A DNA stretch of 64,000 bases, from contig DFOS01000026.1 in the NCBI GenBank assembly GCA_002376845.1, forward strand, positions 130,327-194,326, in the 5' to 3' direction. The notes under the pieces are model-generated. The model was given only the letters and a program-made list of their open reading frames with translations, searched no databases and was not told where the DNA came from. Made by a program: the position numbers and the translations under genes. Within the stretch, counting starts at the first letter, position 1, and every line of letters begins with the position of its first letter. Below are positions 18,561-27,848 of the stretch, piece after piece. This DNA comes from Bdellovibrionaceae bacterium UBA3535 (GTDB taxonomy: Bacteria > Bdellovibrionota > Bdellovibrionia > Bdellovibrionales > UBA840).

Positions 18561-18586
18561 TGACACCTATTGGGGACACCTATTGG
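18561..18586. repeat. 13-bp tandem direct repeat spanning the fliL stop codon
   Basis: tGACACCTATTGG (18561-18573) is followed immediately by gGACACCTATTGG (18574-18586). The second copy holds the last fliL sense codon and its stop. Confidence 0.7.
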
Positions 18587-19140
18587 ACTACGAGGTTGGT
18601 AAAATAGATTCCTTTTACCACGCCTTGATCCAAGAAGCGGTTTAAGGTTCCGATGATTTCATCTTTAAGTAAAAGCTTACCTTGGATGCTCTCTAGATCT
18701 GTAAAGGATTTTTCATTTAAAATCTTGGCAATGCGGTCACGAGCTTCTGTTGTTTTGGTGATCACTTCCTCATAACCATTTTCATCCACCATTTCCAAGC
18801 TCATCTCAATCTGCATGGATTTTCTAGCCTTACCGGCAAGATTGATCACAAAGGGGTCCATTGAGTAGATAATGGGCTTTTCCTCAAAGAACTTCATTTT
18901 TTCAGCAAACTTAAGCCGTTTGATCTCTTCCCCAATGGGATCGGCCACATAACCAATGGTATTGGAGTAGACCGTAAAGACTGCTGCTCCCCCACCGAGC
19001 ACATTGATAGCAACAAAGGCCATAGTCAGGATCTTTTTCCAGTCCTTCTTCTTTTTAGGCGTTTCCGCCTTTTCCTGTTCTTGATTTTCTTCTTCTGCCA
19101 TAGTCAATTTATCGGAGATTTTCTTCTGGACTAAAGTCAT
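18580..19140 (-). CDS. fliL: Flagellar basal body-associated protein FliL
   Basis: Single N-terminal TM and a FliL-like C-terminal domain (PFVINLAG...IQGKLLLKDEIIGTLNRFL). Start is ATG 19140 or Met14. Confidence 0.75.
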   Translation of the reverse strand: MTLVQKKISDKLTMAEEENQEQEKAETPKKKKDWKKILTMAFVAINVLGGGAAVFTVYSNTIGYVADPIGEEIKRLKFAEKMKFFEEKPIIYSMDPFVINLAGKARKSMQIEMSLEMVDENGYEEVITKTTEARDRIAKILNEKSFTDLESIQGKLLLKDEIIGTLNRFLDQGVVKGIYFTNLVVQ

Positions 19141-19247
19141 TTTGTTCGGAAAAATAAAGTATATTTTTGAGAAAATGGTGAACTTTTAAACAGCTTAATT
19201 GAGAGATCATGCTTCTAGTCTTTAGAAAATCCTTAGAATGCCGTAGA

Positions 19248-20231
19248 ATGAGTATGGTGCGACATTTACTGGTAATTACTAGTTTCATGCTATTTTCTGG
19301 CTGGTCTCTAGCAGGCGAGGTACCAGCAGGATTGTGGTCTTCTGCAGAGGGCTCCTCCTACTATCCTCCCTATGTATTTACCGTCGACAAAAGCAAGCGC
19401 AAGCTCAGTGTCTGGGACACCAATACAGTTCCATTTAAAAAAATAAAAGAATTTGAAAACGACCAAGGAAAAGTAGACGGCAATAAAATGGTGCAAGGAG
19501 ATAACAAAACTCCTGAGGGCATCTACTTTTTTCAAGAACAAAAAAACGGTCATGATGTAAATTATGAGCGCTATGGGGAAAGAATCTTTACCATGGATTA
19601 CCCGAATTTATTTGATAAGCGCATTGGTAAAACGGGTTATGGCATCTGGCTACACGCCGTGCCTGATACCACCCCTCTTAGCCGCGGCTCCGAGGGCTGC
19701 GTGGTTCTTCGCAATGAGAACATCCTCAATGTATCGGAAAATATCGTATTGGGCCGTACCCCAATCCTGATTTATGACGAGATGAACTTGGTATCTGAAA
19801 AAGATCGCAAAAAAGAAGTACAACGTATCAATAAGTTTTTGAACGCCTGGCAAACGGCTTGGCAATCCAAGGACTTAGATACCTATATGTCGTATTATGC
19901 CAATGACTTTAAAGCCATGCGTATGGATAAAGACACCTGGCGTAGGTACAAAAAAGGATTGAACGAAAAGTATGACGTAGTTCAGGTGAACCTTTCGCAG
20001 CCATTTGTTTTTGAGCAAAATGGCAATATCATTGTAAGGGCTTTGCAGCACTACCGATCAGACAAACATGAAGACTATGGTGAAAAATTTCTTTATGTTC
20101 GCCGCACACCCGTAGGCGGCTTTGAGATCATTCATGAAAGCTGGGAATCTGTGCCTAGAGAAGTGGTAACTCGCGAGTTGGGAACCGAGACCATCAGTGG
20201 CAGAGAATTAAGCTCCGTTCCTGTCAACTAA
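19248..20231 (+). CDS. L,D-transpeptidase (YkuD domain) with C-terminal NTF2/SnoaL-like domain
   Basis: Catalytic GIWLHAVPD...SRGSEGCVVLRN. C-terminal FLNAWQTAWQSKDLDTYMSYYANDF. Signal peptide starts at MSMVRHLLVITSFMLFSGWSLA. Alternative start at 19209. Confidence 0.8.
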   Translation: MSMVRHLLVITSFMLFSGWSLAGEVPAGLWSSAEGSSYYPPYVFTVDKSKRKLSVWDTNTVPFKKIKEFENDQGKVDGNKMVQGDNKTPEGIYFFQEQKNGHDVNYERYGERIFTMDYPNLFDKRIGKTGYGIWLHAVPDTTPLSRGSEGCVVLRNENILNVSENIVLGRTPILIYDEMNLVSEKDRKKEVQRINKFLNAWQTAWQSKDLDTYMSYYANDFKAMRMDKDTWRRYKKGLNEKYDVVQVNLSQPFVFEQNGNIIVRALQHYRSDKHEDYGEKFLYVRRTPVGGFEIIHESWESVPREVVTRELGTETISGRELSSVPVN

Positions 20232-20419
20232 TTTAAAGTTTTGTCTTGTGCATTTTCTTCGTCCATGGGGATTTCCACGGTACGGGCATTGGTGGCCGAA
20301 TCGGGTAAAGAGTCCTTGTATGCCTTCACATCTTGCGCGCTCACTACGCCACGCTTTAAATTCCAGTTTACCAATCGCACATCAAATTTATTATCGTCTA
20401 AAGCTTTTTTGTGACCCAT
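20228..20419 (-). CDS. Small hypothetical protein (63 aa)
   Basis: GGAGG RBS 5 nt upstream of the ATG. Sits 10 nt downstream of the rhomboid gene stop. No recognisable domain. Confidence 0.5.
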   Translation of the reverse strand: MGHKKALDDNKFDVRLVNWNLKRGVVSAQDVKAYKDSLPDSATNARTVEIPMDEENAQDKTLN

Positions 20420-20429
20420 TTATCCTCCA

Positions 20430-21173
20430 CTAATTCCAATATTTTTTAGAATCATCATCTGGCTGATCATTGTCTATCACTAAATGCAGTTTCGGTCCAT
20501 TCCTCTTTCTTCGCTTTTTGCGCTGATCCGAGGACCATCTAGCCGATCCCCAGAGAAAGAGGAATCCAGAAATTAGCCCCCCTAAGTGGGCCAAATTGGC
20601 AACTCCTGATTGGCCACCGCCAAGTACCATGACCAATTCAAACAAGCCGATGATCAAAACAAAGATTTTGGCTTTCATGGGAAAGAGCAACATAAAGTAT
20701 AGGATCCGCTCGCCAAACAAAATGCCATAAGCCAAGAGCAAGCCAAATACGGCTCCACTAGCTCCGATCACAGGCACAAAAGCCATTTCCAAACGAAAAC
20801 CCACCATGAAAAAAATCGTATATACTGCCAAATAAATTAAGGCCGCTCCCACGCCGCAAACTAGATAGTAGGTAAGAAAAAAGCGCGAGCCCCACTTTAG
20901 CTCCAGCTCAGAGCCAATAAACCAGAGCATCAGCATATTAAAGGGCAAATGCAAGACTCCACCATGCAAAAACATATAAGAAAAAATCTGCCATAGCTTG
21001 AATTCCATAAGTACCGAGTAAGGAACCAAGCCAAAATTCCCCACAATATTCCAATCGAAAAGACGACCGAAAAGCAGTTGGAAAAGCAGCCACACTGCTA
21101 CATTGGCAATGACCAAACGCTTTACCATAGGCGTAAAGGGGGGCTGCTGCATCATGATTTGTCCGCGTTGCAT
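20430..21173 (-). CDS. Rhomboid family intramembrane serine protease
   Basis: Multi-TM protein with GASGAVFGLL (catalytic Ser) and AHLGGLISG (catalytic His). Confidence 0.85.
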   Translation of the reverse strand: MQRGQIMMQQPPFTPMVKRLVIANVAVWLLFQLLFGRLFDWNIVGNFGLVPYSVLMEFKLWQIFSYMFLHGGVLHLPFNMLMLWFIGSELELKWGSRFFLTYYLVCGVGAALIYLAVYTIFFMVGFRLEMAFVPVIGASGAVFGLLLAYGILFGERILYFMLLFPMKAKIFVLIIGLFELVMVLGGGQSGVANLAHLGGLISGFLFLWGSARWSSDQRKKRRKRNGPKLHLVIDNDQPDDDSKKYWN

Positions 21174-21184
21174 GCATTAAGAAT

Positions 21185-21224
21185 GGCAAATTTTACGGGA
21201 AAACTCAAACTTATAAAATTTGCC
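21185..21224 (-). other. Intercistronic stem-loop (11-bp perfect inverted repeat)
   Basis: GGCAAATTTTA (21185-21195) pairs with TAAAATTTGCC (21214-21224), with an 18-nt loop. It lies between the epimerase stop and the rhomboid start. Confidence 0.5.
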
Positions 21225-21643
21225 TAGCCCCGCTTTTCACTGAGTTCAATCAGCACCCCACCACTAGCTTTCGGGTGGATAAAGGCCACTTTGCAATTGT
21301 GCGCTCCCGGCCTGGGAGTCTCATCTATCAAACGAATGCCGCGCTTTTTGTACTCTTGCAACAATTGCTCGAGATTTTCTACGCGATAGCAAATATGATG
21401 AATGCCTGGCCCACGTTTTGCCAAAAACTTGGCAATGGGACTTTCGGTACTGGTAGGCTCCAATAGCTCTATGTTCACCTGATTTCGCAACGAGAGAAAG
21501 CAGACTTTGACCTTTTCGCTAGGCACCTCTTCGATTTCATACTTATCAAAGCCCAAAGCTTGGTAGAATTGCAAACCTTCTTCTATGGTATTAACTGCTA
21601 TGCCTAGGTGGTCCAATTCAAAATTTGAAAAATCAATGTTCAT
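21224..21643 (-). CDS. mce: Methylmalonyl-CoA epimerase (VOC/glyoxalase-fold)
   Basis: 139 aa with LDHLGIAV, IELLEP, GPGIHHICYRV and GVLIEL, motifs typical of MCE. Confidence 0.75.
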   Translation of the reverse strand: MNIDFSNFELDHLGIAVNTIEEGLQFYQALGFDKYEIEEVPSEKVKVCFLSLRNQVNIELLEPTSTESPIAKFLAKRGPGIHHICYRVENLEQLLQEYKKRGIRLIDETPRPGAHNCKVAFIHPKASGGVLIELSEKRG

Positions 21644-22175
21644 CTTCGAGTTTCCTTAACGCTTTTTCTAAGGGTTTGCGAATGCGGTGATAGGTTTCCT
21701 CTAAACCCTCCGACATGACTCTGGTCTTGGCAATTTGAGGAAAAAAGTTACAATCCCCTATCCAACGTGGAATCAAATGATAGTGCAAATGATGGGGAAT
21801 CCCCGCTCCCGCGGCTCTACCCAAGTTAATTCCCACATTCAGGCCATGGCATTTGTATTCTTTTTCTAATACCCGAAGGGCCACACGAATTGCCAATTGA
21901 ATCATGATGTACTCATCTTCTTTGAGCTTGTGCAAGTCGCCAACATGCCTTTTGGGCATTACCATCATATGTCCAATATGGTAGGGGTATTTGTTCAATA
22001 CCACCATAAACTTTTTGCCTTTGTACAAGACCAGATTTTCAAAAGACGGCTTGCCACGTCTTACATGGCAAAACACACATTCTTTAATATTGTCCTTTTC
22101 TTTATGGTAGGCCTTACGTTGCGGGTTGTACAAAACCTCTCGATCCTTAGGCCAACCATCATCTTGCTTGTTCAA
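21633..22175 (-). CDS. HIT family protein (GalT-like / Ap4A phosphorylase-type branch)
   Basis: Histidine triad HHLHYHLIPRW. N-terminal CVFC zinc-like motif. Confidence 0.75.
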   Translation of the reverse strand: MNKQDDGWPKDREVLYNPQRKAYHKEKDNIKECVFCHVRRGKPSFENLVLYKGKKFMVVLNKYPYHIGHMMVMPKRHVGDLHKLKEDEYIMIQLAIRVALRVLEKEYKCHGLNVGINLGRAAGAGIPHHLHYHLIPRWIGDCNFFPQIAKTRVMSEGLEETYHRIRKPLEKALRKLEDEH

Positions 22176-23103
22176 ATACGACTCCTAAATACGCTGGATA
22201 TAAATATAGTGGTTGCCCCAATAATTTTGTCGGTAGGACTTGCTCCACTTTCGCCGGCAAATTGCCCAAATTAAAAAGTTGTGTGCGACCTAAAACCTCT
22301 AGCAAAAACTCCTTTGGCATCTTCGGATTAAAAACTGGGGGGTTCTTGCCTAAACCCGTCAATTCTCCCATTTCATCCAGGGCTTCCTTGTAAGTGGCCA
22401 CTTTGTCCACCAAACCATACTCCACACCTTTGCTGCCCGTAAAAATTCGTCCATCAGCAAGGGGCTCAATGTCGCGCATTTGTTTATTTCTGCCATCCGC
22501 TACTGCAAGCATAAATTGTTGATGAACGTCATCAATGACATCTTGTAGGTAGTCCTTCTCTGTTTGAGTCATAGCCCGAGTGTTGGTGCCGGTGTCCTTG
22601 AACTTGCCGGTTTTTAGAGAATAACGTTGAATTTTGGCCCAGTCATAAAGCTCACTCAAATTGGCAAATTCCATGATAACACCAATGGAGCCCATTAAAG
22701 TGCCGGCATTTACATAGATTTTATCTGCCCCCACGGCAATGTAGTAACCACCACTCGCCATAATGGCATTGGCAGAAACAAATACTGGTTTTTCTAGTTC
22801 CTCACGAATGCGTTTGATTTCTGAGTATATTTCTTGCGAGGGACCAACGACACCGCCCGGTGAGTTCAGACGCAAAATAACCCCCTTTATTTTTTTGTCG
22901 TAGGCGTATTTGCGCAAATCCGCTAAGATTTCTTTCCCGTCAAGAATCACCCCATCGATATCTAGATGCAAAATGGAGTCCTCGCTGACCTGCATCTCCC
23001 CTGGAGGCTGCATATGCTTTAACGAGGAAGACATCATATAGACACAGGAGCCTAGAAAAAGAAAGACCGTCATTGAGAACAAGAACCATGGATTTTTCAG
23101 CAT
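22159..23103 (-). CDS. sppA: Signal peptide peptidase SppA (S49, 36K type)
   Basis: N-terminal TM. S49 motifs RLNSPGG, MASGGYY and GSIGV. Confidence 0.8.
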   Translation of the reverse strand: MLKNPWFLFSMTVFLFLGSCVYMMSSSLKHMQPPGEMQVSEDSILHLDIDGVILDGKEILADLRKYAYDKKIKGVILRLNSPGGVVGPSQEIYSEIKRIREELEKPVFVSANAIMASGGYYIAVGADKIYVNAGTLMGSIGVIMEFANLSELYDWAKIQRYSLKTGKFKDTGTNTRAMTQTEKDYLQDVIDDVHQQFMLAVADGRNKQMRDIEPLADGRIFTGSKGVEYGLVDKVATYKEALDEMGELTGLGKNPPVFNPKMPKEFLLEVLGRTQLFNLGNLPAKVEQVLPTKLLGQPLYLYPAYLGVVFEQAR

Positions 23104-23329
23104 ATTTACCTCTATTTGATTGGAACCACATCATAGAGAAAAAAGCCATGCTTGGCGAGCTTCGCACATGATTTTGCGATGCATATAGAAAATCGTCTCA
23201 AAGTGAGACGAACGTAGAACTTCTGCTCACATGAATACCAGATTCGCAATCAAAGAAGCTGAAAAACCATATATTTTAAGCTAATGGGCACAGGCTTTGC
23301 ACATTATATTTGTGTGTAGGGAGGGGAAA

Positions 23330-23842
23330 ATGAAAAAGATATTCATTCTATTATTTTTCTTATTACTGTTAACTGCGTGTAGTACCGACATGGGCTCGGT
23401 AACGCCCTTAGAAGAAACGCGTTTATCTTCTACTTCTGTTTTGCAAAGTGCCGATTGGTCTACTAGATGCACGGCAGATTTCAGCAATCAAAACTTTAAA
23501 AAAACCTGGAGCCATATAATTACCTATTCGGCCGAATTAGATTCTATCTTGATTGAGACGAGCAACGTGAATGAGAATCATAACCCTGGCAACACCAACC
23601 CGTCCAATATAGTGGACTTAGAAGAATTAAGCCGCCTAGAATGCAAAAGCATTCCCTATATGATCGGACAATTGAAAGCCGAGGGAACGATCTTAGCTGG
23701 CGCAACTTTTGAGATTCACCTCAAATTATGTTTAGAAAATAATATTTTATCCATTCGTCATGATTCAAAAATCCTGGAAGAGCCTTCCATAGAGAGTCCT
23801 TTGCACTGCGAAGTGAATATGGCAAATGGTTTCAAATTATAA
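23330..23842 (+). CDS. Putative lipoprotein, unknown function
   Basis: GGGAGGGG RBS. MKKIFILLFFLLLLTAC lipobox. Confidence 0.6.
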   Translation: MKKIFILLFFLLLLTACSTDMGSVTPLEETRLSSTSVLQSADWSTRCTADFSNQNFKKTWSHIITYSAELDSILIETSNVNENHNPGNTNPSNIVDLEELSRLECKSIPYMIGQLKAEGTILAGATFEIHLKLCLENNILSIRHDSKILEEPSIESPLHCEVNMANGFKL

Positions 23843-23888
23843 ATCCCATAAGGCTTAAGATGAGCCGTTTTACCAACCCTACACACCT

Positions 23889-23917
23889 AGGCCCTCAAAT
23901 ATGAGGGCCTTTTTTTT
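23889..23917 (+). terminator. Rho-independent terminator
   Basis: 9-bp stem AGGCCCTCA/TGAGGGCCT, 4-nt loop, then T7 (23911-23917). Confidence 0.85.
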
Positions 23918-23956
23918 CATAAAACATAAAACATAGAACAAGACGAGCTTGCTCGC

Positions 23957-23985
23957 AAAAAAAAGGGCCTCTGTTAAGAGACCCT
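23957..23985 (-). terminator. Rho-independent terminator of rpsA
   Basis: Minus-strand hairpin AGGGTCTC-ttaaca-GAGGCCCT (one mismatch), followed by U8 (A-run 23957-23964 on the plus strand). Confidence 0.75.
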
Positions 23986-24051
23986 CAAAAAGAACTTCGT
24001 TTAGGGCGATCTTTGCAAACTTAGCAAAGACCAGCCGCTAGAGAAATTCCA

Positions 24052-25887
24052 CTATTCCTTCATGCCTTTTAAAGCTTCACCAAAAACATCACCCATAGTA
24101 GTGCGTGAAGTAGATTTAGCTTTTTGGATATATTCATCCACATTCTCTTTGTTCTCTCGCATTTTCACGATCTTGGAGCTAAGGCCGATTTTACGTGAGG
24201 TTTGGTCGATCATGATCACTTCTGCTTTGATCGTATCACCAACGTTTACCACATCCTCTGGCTTTTCCACTCTTTCATTGGAAAGCTCGGATATGTGAAT
24301 CAGTCCCTCTACTTCAGGTCCTAACTCAACAAAGACTCCAAAATCAGCCAGCTTCACCACTTTTACTTCATGCTGAGAACCGATTGGAAATTGTGACTCC
24401 ACATCTGCCCAAGGATCTGCCTCTAGTTGCTTGATACCAAGTGAAAATCTTTCGTTTTCCACATCTACACCAAGTACAACGGCCTTAACCTTTTGGCCTT
24501 TTTCAAACATTTCTGATGGATGATTGACTCGTTTGGTCCAAGAGAAATCCGAGATGTGAACAAGCCCATCGATTCCCTCTTCGATACCGACAAAGATTCC
24601 AAAGTCTGTGATGGATTTTACTTCACCTTCGATAACCGTTCCAGGTGGGTAGGACTCTTTTAACTCATCCCAAGGATTTGGCTGAAGCTGCTTCATGCCA
24701 AGGCTGATACGGCGATTTTCCTTATCAATATCAAGTACCATTACCTCGACTTCATCATCCACTTTTACAATTTGCGATGGATGCTTCACGCGCTTTGTCC
24801 AGCTCATCTCACTTACGTGAATCAAGCCTTCTACACCTTCAGAAATATCCATAAAGGCACCGTAGTCCGTAAGACTTACGATCTTACCTTTCAGCTTCGT
24901 GTCCTTAGGATACTGTGTATCAATATCCAACCAAGGATCTTCGGTAAGCTGTTTAATACCAAGGCTAACGCGCTCTTTGTCATTATCAAACTTCAGAACT
25001 TTTACATCGATTTCATCACCGACATTCAGAATTTCAGAAGGATGTTTCACACGTCCCCAGCTCATGTCCGTAATATGTAGCAATCCGTCCATGCCGCCAA
25101 GGTCAATGAAGGCACCATAATCGGTGATGTTTTTCACTGTACCCTTCAGCACAGTACCCTCTTCCATATTCTCCAAAGTATTGGAGCGCAGGTTCTCGCG
25201 CTCGGCTTCCAGCAGTACTCGTCTGGAAAGAACGATATTTCCACGCTTTTTGTTAAACTTGATAACTTTGAATTTAAATTTTTTGCCAATGAAATTGTCT
25301 AGATTGCGAATGGGTCGAAGATCAATCTGACTACCTGGTAAAAATGCTTTCACGCCAATGTCTACGCTTAGGCCACCCTTAACTTTGGCAATCACCATGC
25401 CCTCAACAACCTCTTCGTTCTCAGCAGCACGAGAAATGTCTTCCCAAGCACGCATCATATCGGCTTTGTCTTTCGATAAGACGACCATGCCATTGTCATT
25501 TTCTAGACGAACCACGTAAACTTCGATTTCATCGCCTTCTTGAACTGTCAAACTACCATCGTAAGATTTGAATTCCGATAGGTTTACAACCCCTTCGGAC
25601 TTGTAATTGATATCTACAACCACATATTCTTGGTCGATGGAGATAACCTTACCTTTGATAACATCGCCCACATCAATCACAGCATCGGCATCACTTTCTT
25701 TGAGTAGATCGGCAAAAGATTGTTTGGTATTAATCTCTACCTTTCCCGGATTGTCGGCGACGTCTTTATCCTCTGCGTCCAGAGCCTCCAGCACCTTCAG
25801 GCGAATCTGCTGTGCCTTCGTAAGGTTTTTTTCATCTTTATATGTGTTCAAATATTCCTCCTCCGATACCAACCCTAAGGTTCGCAT
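24052..25887 (-). CDS. rpsA: 30S ribosomal protein S1
   Basis: 611 aa with six repeated S1 domains (G.V.G.V....FGAF.D/V...GL.H.SE). Sits downstream of cmk, as in many bacteria. Confidence 0.95.
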   Translation of the reverse strand: MRTLGLVSEEEYLNTYKDEKNLTKAQQIRLKVLEALDAEDKDVADNPGKVEINTKQSFADLLKESDADAVIDVGDVIKGKVISIDQEYVVVDINYKSEGVVNLSEFKSYDGSLTVQEGDEIEVYVVRLENDNGMVVLSKDKADMMRAWEDISRAAENEEVVEGMVIAKVKGGLSVDIGVKAFLPGSQIDLRPIRNLDNFIGKKFKFKVIKFNKKRGNIVLSRRVLLEAERENLRSNTLENMEEGTVLKGTVKNITDYGAFIDLGGMDGLLHITDMSWGRVKHPSEILNVGDEIDVKVLKFDNDKERVSLGIKQLTEDPWLDIDTQYPKDTKLKGKIVSLTDYGAFMDISEGVEGLIHVSEMSWTKRVKHPSQIVKVDDEVEVMVLDIDKENRRISLGMKQLQPNPWDELKESYPPGTVIEGEVKSITDFGIFVGIEEGIDGLVHISDFSWTKRVNHPSEMFEKGQKVKAVVLGVDVENERFSLGIKQLEADPWADVESQFPIGSQHEVKVVKLADFGVFVELGPEVEGLIHISELSNERVEKPEDVVNVGDTIKAEVIMIDQTSRKIGLSSKIVKMRENKENVDEYIQKAKSTSRTTMGDVFGEALKGMKE

Positions 25888-25988
25888 CTTACAATGTATT
25901 CCACCCGAATCGGGTCGATGAATTATCGATTGGGATGGTCCTACGGTTATAGAACTTTCGCCTCTAAAGTCAAAGAAAAAGCCTGGGA

Positions 25989-26651
25989 TTACAGCTCTAA
26001 GCTAGCTCGTGCGATCTCTTCCACGCGATCTACGACCGCCGCAAGACTTAGCTCCGAAGTATCGATTATATGAGCTTTTTCAGGCACTTGCATCGGTGCT
26101 ACTTTGCGTGACTGATCACGATCATCACGCTGTTTTTGCGATAGCTCAATTTCTGCGGCATCGGTTCCCATTTGTTCGGCTCTTCGCTTGGCACGATCGC
26201 CTTGCTTGGCAGTAAGAAAGATTTTCACATTCGCCTGCGGAAAAACCACCGAACCACAGTCTCGGCCTTCGGCAATCAAACCGGGTTGTCCTTTTGCACA
26301 GGCACGCTGCCCCTCAAGTAGTGCCGTTCGCACTTCTGGGTATTGCGAAACTTGTGATGCCAATTGCCCCACGGCATCAGAATGCGCTTCCGCGGTTACA
26401 TCTTCACCTCGAAAGATTACTTTGGTTTTCTCCGTTGATAATTGCACTGACCAAAGATCTGTCTGTCTTGCCAAATCGGCCAGAGCTTGCTCATCTGCAA
26501 AGTCCACTTGCATTTGCTTGGCGACATAGGCCAAACCACGGTAAAAAGATCCCGTAGAAACCCACGTCCAGCCAATGCGTTTGGCCAGATCGCGGCTAAC
26601 GGAAGATTTGCCACTTGCTGCAGGTCCATCAATGGTAATCACCTTTGTCAT
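25989..26651 (-). CDS. cmk: Cytidylate kinase
   Basis: ITIDGPAASGKSSV P-loop, 220 aa, cmk-rpsA synteny. Confidence 0.9.
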   Translation of the reverse strand: MTKVITIDGPAASGKSSVSRDLAKRIGWTWVSTGSFYRGLAYVAKQMQVDFADEQALADLARQTDLWSVQLSTEKTKVIFRGEDVTAEAHSDAVGQLASQVSQYPEVRTALLEGQRACAKGQPGLIAEGRDCGSVVFPQANVKIFLTAKQGDRAKRRAEQMGTDAAEIELSQKQRDDRDQSRKVAPMQVPEKAHIIDTSELSLAAVVDRVEEIARASLEL

Positions 26652-26658
26652 TCTCCTT

Positions 26659-27768
26659 CTACCTACTTTTCAACCATTCATTGATAAAGTGAATGGCCAT
26701 TTGATTTTCTTCTTCTAAGCCAACACTCATACGTAAATACTCTGACATTCCATAACCCGCTAAGGGGCGCAAAATAATACCCTTAGTAAGCAAATAAGTA
26801 TTTAACTCCTGTGCTCTGCCGCCCGGCACCTCGAACATAACAAAATTCGCCTGGGATTCAAAGTAGCGTATGCCCATTTTACTTAGTTCCTTGTAAAAAT
26901 AATCCAAACCTTCCCAAACAATTTTTTGTGATTTCTGAATATATTCATCATCTAAAAAAGCAGCTTTGGCACCGGCCTGTGCTAGCGCGTTCACGTTAAA
27001 GGGATTGCGAATCCTCTGCAAATACGAAATATATTCCTTATTTCCGACAAGATAGCCTAGGCGCAATCCAGCCAGGCCATATACCTTACTCAAAGTTCTT
27101 GAAAGCATCAAATTCGAGGTCTGTGTGATATATTCCATACCGTTGGGATAGTCTTTGGCTCGAACAAATTCGGTATAGGCCTCATCTAAAACAATCAATA
27201 CATCGTCGCGATTGCCAAAATGAGCGAGAAAGTCTTCCCACTCTTGGCGCGGAAAATAAGTACCCGTAGGATTGTTGGGATTGGGCAAAAATATAATTTT
27301 ATGCTCGGGCGTCCAGGCTTCTTGGATCTTTTTTAAATCAATGCGAAAGCCCTCTGCCATCTTGACCTCAGTTGTGAGAGCTCTGGCAGCCTGCGCACAA
27401 ATTTTATAGGCAATGAAGGCTTTCTCAGAGGTTAATATTTTATCCCCTGGTTCACAATAGACCCGAACTAGCAAATCAATGGCCTCATTGGAGCCGTTGG
27501 CAAACAAGAGATTGCCGGCCTCAATATTTAAATCTGTATGTTTGCTGGCAATCACCTTTGCCAATTCGTAGGAAGATGGGTCAGGATAGCGGTGAAGATT
27601 GTTTATGCTCCCCAATATGGCCGCTTCCACTTTGGGACTGACCCCAAGCGGGTTTTCATTGCTAGCCAGCTTAACAATCTTGTCCAAGCCGTACTCCCGC
27701 TTGGTTTCTTCGATGGGTTTGCCTGGCTCATACGGCACTAAAGAGCGTATCAATTCCGATATTTTCAC
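26659..27768 (-). CDS. hisC: Histidinol-phosphate aminotransferase (class II PLP aminotransferase)
   Basis: SRTLSKVYGLAGLRLGY (PLP-Lys motif), NPNNPTG, 369 aa. Confidence 0.8.
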   Translation of the reverse strand: MKISELIRSLVPYEPGKPIEETKREYGLDKIVKLASNENPLGVSPKVEAAILGSINNLHRYPDPSSYELAKVIASKHTDLNIEAGNLLFANGSNEAIDLLVRVYCEPGDKILTSEKAFIAYKICAQAARALTTEVKMAEGFRIDLKKIQEAWTPEHKIIFLPNPNNPTGTYFPRQEWEDFLAHFGNRDDVLIVLDEAYTEFVRAKDYPNGMEYITQTSNLMLSRTLSKVYGLAGLRLGYLVGNKEYISYLQRIRNPFNVNALAQAGAKAAFLDDEYIQKSQKIVWEGLDYFYKELSKMGIRYFESQANFVMFEVPGGRAQELNTYLLTKGIILRPLAGYGMSEYLRMSVGLEEENQMAIHFINEWLKSR

Positions 27769-27848
27769 TTATTCCCTCTACTTGGCTCAATTCATAGAAT
27801 TAGAATTGAATGGCAGAAGAAGCAAAAGAATTTTTTCCTGTGGAAATC

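Noticed and set aside
26009-26684. Five ORFs of 65-113 aa, antisense or in alternative frames, overlapping cmk
   Set aside because: All lie within the strongly supported cmk CDS. Their translations are Ala/Arg/Pro/Ser-rich, typical of GC-rich shadow frames.
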